DNA of 63,975 nucleotides from Octopus bimaculoides (Eukaryota), in the NCBI RefSeq assembly GCF_001194135.2, contig NC_068989.1, forward strand, positions 76,763,189-76,827,163, in the 5' to 3' direction. The notes below the pieces were generated by a model. That model was given only the letters and a program-made list of their open reading frames with translations. It was not told the origin of the DNA and made no database searches. Positions 41,323-50,657 of this stretch are shown piece after piece; position 1 is the stretch's first letter, and each line of letters starts with the position of its first letter. The position numbers and the translations under genes were made by a program.

Positions 41323-41368
41323 AACACAACGTTTCGGCTGATATACCCTCCAGCCTTCTTCAGGTGTA
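41323..41368 (-). ncRNA. Minimal type I hammerhead ribozyme motif, copy C (best preserved)
   Basis: UACAC CUGAAGA A GGCUG-gagggtatat-CAGCC GAAA CG UU GUGUU. The core is intact, with a 4-bp stem I, a 5-bp stem II and a palindromic ACGU stem III. Confidence 0.72.
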
Positions 41369-41458
41369 TTGGGGAAATTTCGAACCTGGGTTCTCATTGC
41401 TAATGTATTTTTCGAAAAATAACTTAGGAATGTGAACCCAGGTTCGAACTTTCCCCAA

Positions 41459-41504
41459 TACACCTGATGAAGGCTGGAGGGTATATCAACCGGAACGTTG
41501 TGTT
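41459..41504 (+). ncRNA. Hammerhead motif, copy D (degenerate)
   Basis: UACAC CUGAUGA A GGCUG-gagggtatat-CAACC GGAA CG UU GUGUU. GAAA is mutated to GGAA. Confidence 0.5.
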
Positions 41505-42187
41505 AACAACAAACAAAATGAGGACAATTATACGTCAAATGTAAATAATGTAAATAGTGTTGGAGAAGATATGTTGTTATTTTTTTTATTATCTTGATTT
41601 ATTTTTAATCCTACACATATTTCACTTGAGACAATAAAAAGTAAAGAATATTGTCAAAAGTTTGTAAAATTATGACTACAGAAAGGTGGTTAAGCAGTTG
41701 ATTTATGCTCGACCACTCCGTAAAATATATTGCTCGGATGACTACAGTTATGGGTTAACTAAAATGCTATGAGTGGCATTTTGGAGAGAGTATATATCAT
41801 CTATAGATGAGATCCAGAGGTTCCTAGTATAGAAGACACTTGGTAGTGCTCAAAAGATTCCAAATTAGACCCCGAGGTCTTTACAAGGGATCTACTCCGC
41901 AAAGTAAAGAATGGTTGTAAGAGGGATCAAGTTGAGCAGATAGAGAGGCAATTATGAGGATAACAAATAGATACATATATTTAATTTATATAATGTATCT
42001 AATTTATTTATCTACATAAGCGGCTCTCTTTATACACACACATACACGCACAGACATATATGTATGCGTATGTGTGTGTGTATAGTACAGTTGCGGCCGT
42101 ATGGTAAGAATTTGAAATCGGAAAGTAGAGACTCGGAAGCAATACAGGTATGAACGGTTCCCCAGCTAGATTATATCAAAAGTAATA

Positions 42188-42402
42188 ATCCTTTGTACTG
42201 TAGGCACAAGGCCTGAGATTTGGTGGGAGGGGACTAGTCGATTACGTCGACTCCAGTGCGTAATTGGTACTTATTTCGTCGAACCTGGAAGGATAAAATG
42301 CAAAGTTGACCTCGGCAGAATTTGAACCCAGAATGTAAGAACAGACAAAATGTCGTTAAGCATTTAGCCCGGCTTGCTGACAATCATGCCAACTAGTCGC
42401 GT

Positions 42403-42403
<1 letters not shown>
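42188..42403 (-). mobile_element. tRNA-SINE (family of 20400)
   Basis: Full-length reverse alignment to 20400-20617, followed by (TAG)n. Confidence 0.8.
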
Positions 42404-42440
<37 letters not shown>

Positions 42441-42734
42441 ATAATAACGCAAATATTTGAGCTTGTGCTTACACACGCACGCACACACAAACACACACAC
42501 ACAATATACATATTTAGATTGCTACATTTTCTTCTCACCATAGCGATGATATAAGAACCAGAATATTAGAATAAAGGAATGATTGCTGATGTAATTGATT
42601 AACATTTGTTAATGTACTACTCCAGTATGGCCACCGTGCAAAGGCTGGCACCAGTAAAACAATAAATGTCTGTATTTACATATATTGCAGCACATTCTAG
42701 ACGTTTCCTAGAATATTAGAACTATATATATATA

Positions 42735-42770
42735 GGCGCAGGAGTGGCTGTGTGGTAAGTAGCTTGCTTA
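42735..42770 (+). mobile_element. Head of another tRNA-derived SINE family, cut by a gap
   Basis: GGCGCAGGAGTGGCTGTGTGGTAAGTAGCTTGCTTA contains an A-box-like segment. Confidence 0.5.
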
Positions 42771-43370
42771 NNNNNNNNNNTATATGTCAGAACTTTTTCT
42801 GATGGATATCGTAACAATTTCTTCTTTTCTATTTAGAAAGTTACATTTCACTATTTATACAGCAAGATTTACTTATGCATTTATCTCTGTATATCTGTAA
42901 CGGTACACCATTCAAGACATTAATCTTGATACACGTTAAATTGCATTAGTATTCCTGAAAAATTCCAACTCTTAATATATGGCTTGCACTCAATACGTAC
43001 ACACAGTGTATATTACAAAGGGTAATGTTATTATTAGAACAAAGCAGGCAAACTTTGGAATGTACTTTCGTACAGAGATTCATTACTGAATACCAGCGAA
43101 AGATTGTGCGGCTCTTGCATCAACAATTTAATATAACAGTTGCCTTAGGAAATTTTGTATTTAAAACGTGCTGTGAAATGTGAGTTGATTATTGGATGGG
43201 AAATATTAACTTTTATGCGTACGTATATAGCGATAGAGTTATAGGCTTCTGCGAAATAATTATTCTTAACGTACATTTCTCATGTCAGTTGCTGATCTGA
43301 AAGATTGAAATTTCTAGAAGTAATAAAGAAGGTACCCTCCCGATCCCACAAACAAAAACAACCAAAAATG

Positions 43371-43410
<40 letters not shown>

Positions 43411-43565
43411 TAAATCGCCAAACAGTTCTTGCTACTATAATTCTGCTGTAAAACGGTGATATGATAATAACAGAAGCAATGATAATAGTAACAACAATAG
43501 TGATGATGATACTACTACTACTACTACTACTACTAATAATAATAATAATGATAATAATAATAATA

Positions 43566-43781
43566 ATCCTTTCTCTTATAAGCACAAGGCCTGAAATTTT
43601 TGGGGAAGGTTTGAGTCAATTACATCGACACCATTACAAAACTAGTACTTATTTTATGCGACCCCGAAAAATGAAAGGCAAAGTCATTCTTGGCGGCATT
43701 TGAACTGAGGACGAAAGGACGGACGAAATGACGCTGAACATTTTGCCGAACGTGCCAATGATTCTGCCAGCGCGCCGCCTT
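43566..43781 (-). mobile_element. tRNA-SINE (family of 20400) within AAT/AAC arrays
   Basis: Full-length reverse alignment ending ...TTCTGCCAGCGCGCCGCCTT. Confidence 0.82.
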
Positions 43782-43844
43782 AACAGCAACAGCAACAACA
43801 GCAACAACAATTATGATTATAGTCATAATCATAATAATAATACG

Positions 43845-43960
43845 AAATTATTAGATACCAAAGAAGAATGGACAGCATGGTACCATAGGCTGCTGGTAGG
43901 AAGCCCGCTACGCATGCAAGACTCCAGGTGTTCCAACAAAACCTGTGATAAAAAGAAACA
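43845..43960 (+). mobile_element. Probable 3' end of an RLE-type LINE
   Basis: Preceded by KLLDTKEE, similar to the RKVL ORF end. About 70% similar to 47514-47590, sharing GCCCGCTACGCAT. Followed by AAT repeats. Confidence 0.45.
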
Positions 43961-43982
43961 ATAATAACAGTGATAATAATAT

Positions 43983-44192
43983 CAAATTTTTGCCACAAGA
44001 GCAGCAATTCTAGGGGGTGGGGATGAGTCGATCACATCGACCCCATTACTCCGCTGGTACATAATTTATCTACCCCGAAAGGATGAAAGGCAAAGTTGAC
44101 CCCGGTGGAATTTGAACTCAGAACATGAAGACAGAAGAATAGGGCTCACCATTTCGCCTAGCGTTCTAAAGGTTCTGCTAGCTCACCGTCTT
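43983..44192 (-). mobile_element. tRNA-SINE (family of 20400, variant tail)
   Basis: CCCCGAAAGGATGAAAGGCAAAGTTGACCCCGGTGGAATTTGAACTCAGAAC. Confidence 0.8.
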
Positions 44193-44201
44193 AATAATAA
44201 T

Positions 44202-44300
<99 letters not shown>

Positions 44301-44358
44301 CCTTTCTACTATAGGTACATGGTTCTTAATTTATCGACCGGCGTGCTAACGATTCTGA

Positions 44359-44412
<54 letters not shown>
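44192..44412. repeat. (AAT)n arrays flanking an internally deleted SINE (44298-44358)
   Basis: Direct reading. Confidence 0.9.
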
Positions 44413-44413
<1 letters not shown>

Positions 44414-44669
44414 GCTTTGAATTTGTTACAGGGGCATCTAATTAGATTGATATCACCAGGGTGATTTACAATTTATTTGTGAACACCTGTCTCAAATATT
44501 AAACTCTGTTTTTGGCAAGTTTATTTTGAATGAAATTATTTATAATATCCTCTTTGTTGAAGTACATCTCTATAGTGTTAACAAGTCCTTACTCGTAGAG
44601 CTGGTAATTCTCCCGTTATCATGTAATTTGCGTGTAACATTTGCTATGAGTTCACTAAACAGCGGTGTG

Positions 44670-44830
44670 TAACAATTCAATTCACAACGCACACCATCCA
44701 AAATGAGTGATATGATCCTCGTGCAAAAACCCTTAACCTCCCATGTCTCTATTATAGTTATTTGTCCTTCACAGCGTAGTGTCTCTCACCCCTTTGCCAC
44801 GGCTGGCCATCGATTTAGGCACTAAACTTT
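44670..44830 (-). mobile_element. Possible decayed piggyBac transposase fragment
   Basis: Across frameshifts it reads NRWPAVAKG, YAVKD, NYNRDMGG (44736-44759) and YHSFWMVCVVN*IV. This recalls piggyBac V.RW...P..V..YN..MGGVD...WY.......VVN.W. Confidence 0.35.
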
Positions 44831-45360
44831 ATCAGCGTCTCAAAATTGTCACTTGATCTAAATAGTTAAACAAACTGCTGCCTGAACACCGTAGATATAA
44901 GGCTGGAACTGAACACCATGCGCTACTCCTCTGCTAAAGAATCTCTTGTGTTTCTCTATTGTGTCTCTCTTCCGCCTTCTGCATCCATCAAGAGATTTTC
45001 ATTTCTTCTTGCTATAGCGCACAAAATCTGAAGACGGGCATTTATTCAGGTGTGCTATGACTTTTAGAAAACGAATATCACAACTTTAGATGGCTTTGCC
45101 AGAAAAGTAGAGAGAATTATACATGCATAACATTGGTGAGATTTCACATGTGCTGTCATATTTTATAAATGATAATAATTTCATTTATAGCCACAAGGTC
45201 TAGAAGCGTTGCAATAAAATATATGACGTCAAACAAGCAGCTGAAGAATGGGTTGAGCCATTTATGCAAAGTTGTTGGGGTTGTCAAAGACTTTGTAAAT
45301 TTAGGTACACTTAATAAAAATTTATACAAACACAAAAATAATTATACAGACTGGATTATA

Positions 45361-45435
45361 ACGTTTGTTGTTGGCACTCCGTCGCTTACGACGTCGAGGG
45401 TTCCCGTTGATCCTATCAACGGAACAGCCTGCTTG
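45361..45435 (-). mobile_element. 3' fragment of the SINE family at 16458
   Basis: GTTGGCACTCCGTCGCTTACGACGTCGAGGGTTCC.GTTGATCC.ATCAACGGAACAGCCTGCT is nearly identical to 16461-16527. Confidence 0.85.
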
Positions 45436-46002
45436 TTTTCCGTTCTTCAGTTTTCATGTTTTTGTATTTCATGTTGTTTACGTTTTGTGACGTCCTATTC
45501 CCATATATGCATATATATATATATATATATATATATANNNNNNNNNNNNNNNNNNNNNNNNNNNNNNNNNNNNNNNNNNNNNNNNNNNNNNNNNNNNNNN
45601 NNNNNNNNNNNNNNNNNNNNNNNNNNNNNNNNNNNNNNNNNNNNNNNNNNNNNNNNNNNNNNNNNNNNNNNNNNNNNNNNNNNNNNNNNNNNNNNNNNNN
45701 NNNNNNNNNNNNNNNNNNNNNNNNNNNNNNNNNNNNNNNNNNNNNNNNNNNNNNNNNNNNNNNNNNNNNNNNNNNNNNNNNNNNNNNNNNNNNNNNNNNN
45801 NNNNNNNNNNNNNNNNNNNNNNNNNNNNNNNNNNNNNNNNNNNNNNNNNNNNNNNNNNNNNNNNNNNNNNNNNNNNNNNNNNNNNNNNNNNNNNNNNNNN
45901 NNNNNNNNNNNNNNNNNNNNNNNNNNNNNNNNNNNNNNNNNNNNNNNNNNNNNNNNNNNNNNNNNNNNNNNNNNNNNNNNNNNNNNNNNNNNNNNNNNNN
46001 NN

Positions 46003-46080
<78 letters not shown>

Positions 46081-46269
46081 GGAGAATTCACAAAGAAAAA
46101 CAAAAGACGAAGACAGGTGGTATAGAAAACAAACAGATGCATTAGTAAAACGCTCGGGAACTAAAACAGTCTTTAACGTTTCGACCTTACTCTCTTCCAC
46201 AGAAAGGAACAGAGAAAGACACAGAAAGAGAATCAAGGAGAGAAAAACAATCTGTGTAGTTATTATATA

Positions 46270-46586
46270 TATATGATGATTGCTTCATCTTCACAGATGA
46301 TACGTCCCATCAACACACACACTACACCCCATGATACAGCACAATCTCTCGGTTGATAAGCCTTTAGATAACTTTCAAGACAAGCTGCTGACTGAGAAGG
46401 TTCAAAACACAAGTGACAGATATTATTCAAGTTCCTTCTATATCTTTCTCCTTTGGAATCTGATCCTGAAGGAAAGTTTCTGTGAACTAGTATGAATCTT
46501 TTGAGCCCAGGTACTGTTTTACAACTTTTGTGGCATATGACACAAGTCGTAAGAGGTGGTTGGTGTCCAAGGTCATTACCTATCTG

Positions 46587-46590
<4 letters not shown>
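46270..46590 (-). mobile_element. LINE 3' end with degenerate C2H2-type zinc fingers
   Basis: [21 protein letters not shown] and [21 protein letters not shown], followed by a short UTR-like tail and simple repeats. The clade is not determinable by eye. Confidence 0.55.
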
Positions 46591-46659
<69 letters not shown>

Positions 46660-46877
46660 ATATATATATAAATATATAAATATGTATACATATATGTATA
46701 TATATATATGTATATAAATATATGTACATATATGTATATGTGTGTGTGTGTGTGTGCGCGCGTGCGTGTGTGTAAATATAAATAGCCACTTATGTATTAA
46801 TACTTTCCGAGTGAACCTTAGTCTAAGAAGCATCAACTGAGCCGAAGAAGCCGACATGAACAGATATAAATATCTTA

Positions 46878-47030
46878 CCGAATACAGCAACCTACGCAGT
46901 TAGTGAAGCAGTAAAATCTATAATGAAAGAAAACAAAGGCATCCAACCACAGCAAAATGGAAGAACAGGATAATAAAAATAGACAGGTTGAATGGATAAA
47001 CTCACAAAGCGAAGCAGAAATATGGTAATC
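46878..47030 (+). mobile_element. R4/Dong-type LINE N-terminal fragment
   Basis: [20 protein letters not shown]...AKWKNRIIKIDRL resembles the P.WK.RL..KI..LR motif. Confidence 0.5.
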
Positions 47031-47365
47031 AGTGTATGGAAATTATGATAGCAGAAATCATTAGATCATTACTTCATTAAACATCCAATCCTTGCCACGT
47101 CATTGGCCGTCATAATAATGATTTAATTGTTTAACTCTTTGTTTTAATAACTGAGATTTCGTAGAGAGGTTTAAGTCGATTGACCGACCCTGATACTTCA
47201 CAGGGTATTTTATTTTATAGACTCTGGAAATAAAGATGAGTGTTAAATCTGATCATTTTCTGGGTTGGAATCATAAAATTTATTGACGAAGCTAAATGTT
47301 ACGTAACATTTGTTCTTGTTCTCAACCAATTCTTCCATTTCCCCATCTTAATAACAAAAGCAATG

Positions 47366-47443
<78 letters not shown>

Positions 47444-47619
47444 GGAAATCGGAATAGAGTGCTCAATATAGTTGTCACAAAAGGTTTTCCTCCTCAGTTA
47501 GTCGACAAGAACAGATAGCATGGCACCGTAGGTTGCAGGCATTAGGCCCGCTACGCATCCTAAACCCCAGGAGTTACAAAAAAGCCTGAGTTGAAAAGAA
47601 TAAGTAATGATGACGATGT

Positions 47620-47677
<58 letters not shown>

Positions 47678-47680
<3 letters not shown>

Positions 47681-48025
47681 AAGAGAAACAAATACTGTCA
47701 GCTCATTGATGTAGCCATATCAAATGACATGAATTTTCTGAGTAAAGAGGTTGAAAAAATCACCAAGTACTCCGAATTGAAAGTGGAAATGGCAAGACTG
47801 TATGGAATGCGAGAGGGTAATGTGAAAATGATACCAGCCGTAATCGGAGCGTTGGGCTCAATCCCATTGAATCTTCATGTCTTCTTAAGGCAACTGGAAA
47901 TTCCATGCAAGATTGATGTCTTGCAAAAAGCAGACTTATTGGGCACAGCGCATATCTAAAGGAAAGTATTATCTGTTTGATATCCTTGTTGTGACTTGCA
48001 TTTTTACCCACACTGTGTTACGAAG
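47678..48025 (+). mobile_element. R4/Dong-type LINE restriction-like endonuclease (RLE) C-terminus plus 3' UTR
   Basis: DKRNKYCQLIDVAISND...EKITKYSELKVEMARLY...IPAVIGALGSIP...LQKADLLGTAHI*RKVLSV*. Confidence 0.9.
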
Positions 48026-48045
48026 GAATAATAGTAATAATGATG

Positions 48046-48096
<51 letters not shown>

Positions 48097-48169
48097 GTAA
48101 TATACTGATATGTGGTATATAATTTTATAATATTAGAGTAATGATAATATATGATATAATAATATAGAT

Positions 48170-48345
48170 ATGAGCAATAATTTGGAGCAATATAAGGTCA
48201 AAAGATTACTTTAACAGGATCAGTGAAGGCTTATCAATAGTTGAATGGAAAGGTTAACAACAGTGAGAAACCTGACACTGACGAAAATGAAGTTTTGGAG
48301 TAACATCTGGGATAACGGAGAAACATGCTTAATGGCTGAAGGAGT
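48170..48345 (+). mobile_element. R4/Dong-type LINE pre-RT fragment
   Basis: ...EKPDTDE..KFWSNIWDN... resembles the conserved FW..IW motif upstream of RT. Confidence 0.6.
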
Positions 48346-48351
48346 TTGCTC

Positions 48352-48490
48352 AGAAAACTGGCTTACTGGGAACAGCGAGGAGTTTGAGACTGGTGCATGG
48401 CTGTGCTGTTAAGTATCGTGGAAGAAGACCGTGTGAGATGGTTAACAGCAGGTTGTTGTCTGTTCTTACGGAGAGCTCTGAGAAGTGAAA
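48352..48490 (+). mobile_element. Short 3' end of an RLE-type LINE
   Basis: QKTGLLGTAR matches QK.ALLGTA.ILR. Followed by UTR-like sequence and simple repeats. Confidence 0.5.
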
Positions 48491-48655
48491 TGCCAACAAC
48501 AGCAGCAGTAGCAGTAGCAGTAGCAGCAGCAGCGACAACGCCAACAACCACAACTATAATAATAGTAATAACAACAAGAACAACAACAATGACCACGACG
48601 ACGACAACGATAATAATAATAATGATAATAATAATAATAATAAAAATAATAATCC

Positions 48656-48783
48656 GACGCATGACACTTTCAATACAGTAACCATAAGATCATCACAGCA
48701 AACCACAGCACATACCCAAGGTACACAGAGCTGAGCTCGGTTGTGAAGTGAAAGCCCGCTATAAAAATAAAAGTACTGAATAA
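48656..48783 (+). mobile_element. 3' UTR of a 5'-truncated R4/Dong-type element in (AAT)n
   Basis: It starts CGACGCATGACACTTTCAATACAGTAA (cf. LRKTLSIQ*), continuing the frame seen at 49010-49020, and ends AAAAATAAAAGTACTGAATAATAA. Confidence 0.6.
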
Positions 48784-48857
48784 TAATAACAACAACAACA
48801 ACAACAACAGCAACAACAACAACAACAATAATAATAATGATAATAATAATAATAATC

Positions 48858-49020
48858 TCGAATGTGGAATCTAAAAACAGAAACAATTCCTATCATAGTA
48901 GGTGCCTTAGGTATAATAAAAAAATATTCAGACAAATACATAACAAAAATAGCAGGACTTACAAATATATATAACATACAGAAAATTGCACTACTGGGTA
49001 CTGCACACATCCTACGCAAA
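48858..49020 (+). mobile_element. R4/Dong-type RLE C-terminus (second subfamily), cut by a gap
   Basis: RMWNLKTETIPIIVGALGIIKKYSDKYITKIAGLTNIYNIQKIALLGTAHILRK. Confidence 0.9.
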
Positions 49021-49629
49021 NNNNNNNNNNNNNNNNNNNNNNNNNNNNNNNNNNNNNNNNNNNNNNNNNNNNNNNNNNNNNNNNNNNNNNNNNNNNNNNN
49101 NNNNNNNNNNNNNNNNNNNNNNNNNNNNNNNNNNNNNNNNNNNNNNNNNNNNNNNNNNNNNNNNNNNNNNNNNNNNNNNNNNNNNNNNNNNNNNNNNNNN
49201 NNNNNNNNNNNNNNNNNNNNNNNNNNNNNNNNNNNNNNNNNNNNNNNNNNNNNNNNNNNNNNNNNNNNNNNNNNNNNNNNNNNNNNNNNNNNNNNNNNNN
49301 NNNNNNNNNNNNNNNNNNNNNNNNNNNNNNNNNNNNNNNNNNNNNNNNNNNNNNNNNNNNNNNNNNNNNNNNNNNNNNNNNNNNNNNNNNNNNNNNNNNN
49401 NNNNNNNNNNNNNNNNNNNNNNNNNNNNNNNNNNNNNNNNNNNNNNNNNNNNNNNNNNNNNNNNNNNNNNNNNNNNNNNNNNNNNNNNNNNNNNNNNNNN
49501 NNNNNNNNNNNNNNNNNNNNNNNNNNNNNNNNNNNNNNNNNNNNNNNNNNNNNNNNNNNNNNNNNNNNNNNNNNNNNNNNNNNNNNNNNNNNNNNNNNNN
49601 NNNNNNNNNNNNNNNNNNNNNNNNNNNNN

Positions 49630-49817
49630 CGTACAGTGAGGCCCATCGACTTATCTTTCGAGTTCAAGAAGACCAAACGTATCTAAAGATCCAGACCTTT
49701 ACTGAACAAGAACTCCAGCTTCCCCGCTGGAGTCGGTGCGTACAGTGAGGCCCATCGACTTATCTTTCGAGTTCAAGAAGACCAAACGTATCTAAAGATC
49801 CAGACCTTTACTGAACA
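49630..49817. repeat. Identical 79-bp direct repeat (period 109 bp) at a gap edge
   Basis: 49630-49708 equals 49739-49817. The spacer carries an 8-bp hairpin. Confidence 0.9.
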
Positions 49818-50376
49818 CTACCATCCCACTCACCATTACTGGTTGACTAAAAGATGCGAAAATCTCAAAGTCATCTAAAATAGGAGCCATTAACAAAACA
49901 TCTTAACGACACAGTCTCTCTCCTTACACCTTTAAATGAATATAATTAAGAGACAAAATATAATTGCGTTGTTAATTTTAATATTATTGACAGGACCACG
50001 ACCAATAGTTATATGCAAATAGGTCATTGGTAATGCTAGTGATAGACTGTGTATGGATGACAATTAGAATACATATTGTTGTATGGAAGGATGTAGGTAG
50101 GAAAGGCTCTACATAGAGACAGACGAGAACACGGGGAAACGAGGCACTAAATACAGCACATCGTATCTAGAAGTTGTAAGTGTAATAATAATTTGAAGAA
50201 ATAATCCTAACAACAGAAGGCGAAAGGATACGAAAAAAGATATTATATATGTGTGCGTGTGTTTGAAGTGTCTATATCTTTCTCTCTCACTCTTTCACTG
50301 TTTGTATAAGCAAATACATACACGCACAAACACACACAAACACACACATATATATACAAACATAAATACAACATAC

Positions 50377-50409
<33 letters not shown>

Positions 50410-50616
50410 NNNNNNNNNNNNNNNNNNNNNNNNNNNNNNNNNNNNNNNNNNNNNNNNNNNNNNNNNNNNNNNNNNNNNNNNNNNNNNNNNNNNNNNNNNN
50501 NNNNNNNNNNNNNNNNNNNNNNNNNNNNNNNNNNNNNNNNNNNNNNNNNNNNNNNNNNNNNNNNNNNNNNNNNNNNNNNNNNNNNNNNNNNNNNNNNNNN
50601 NNNNNNNNNNNNNNNN

Positions 50617-50657
<41 letters not shown>

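Larger units (their letters stand above)
41225..41557. mobile_element. Head-to-head palindromic pair of the hammerhead-bearing tail
   Basis: A complete arm on the minus strand (41225-41413) is fused without spacer at TTTTTCGAAAAA (centre 41413/41414) to a 3'-truncated plus arm (41414-41557). Confidence 0.85.
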
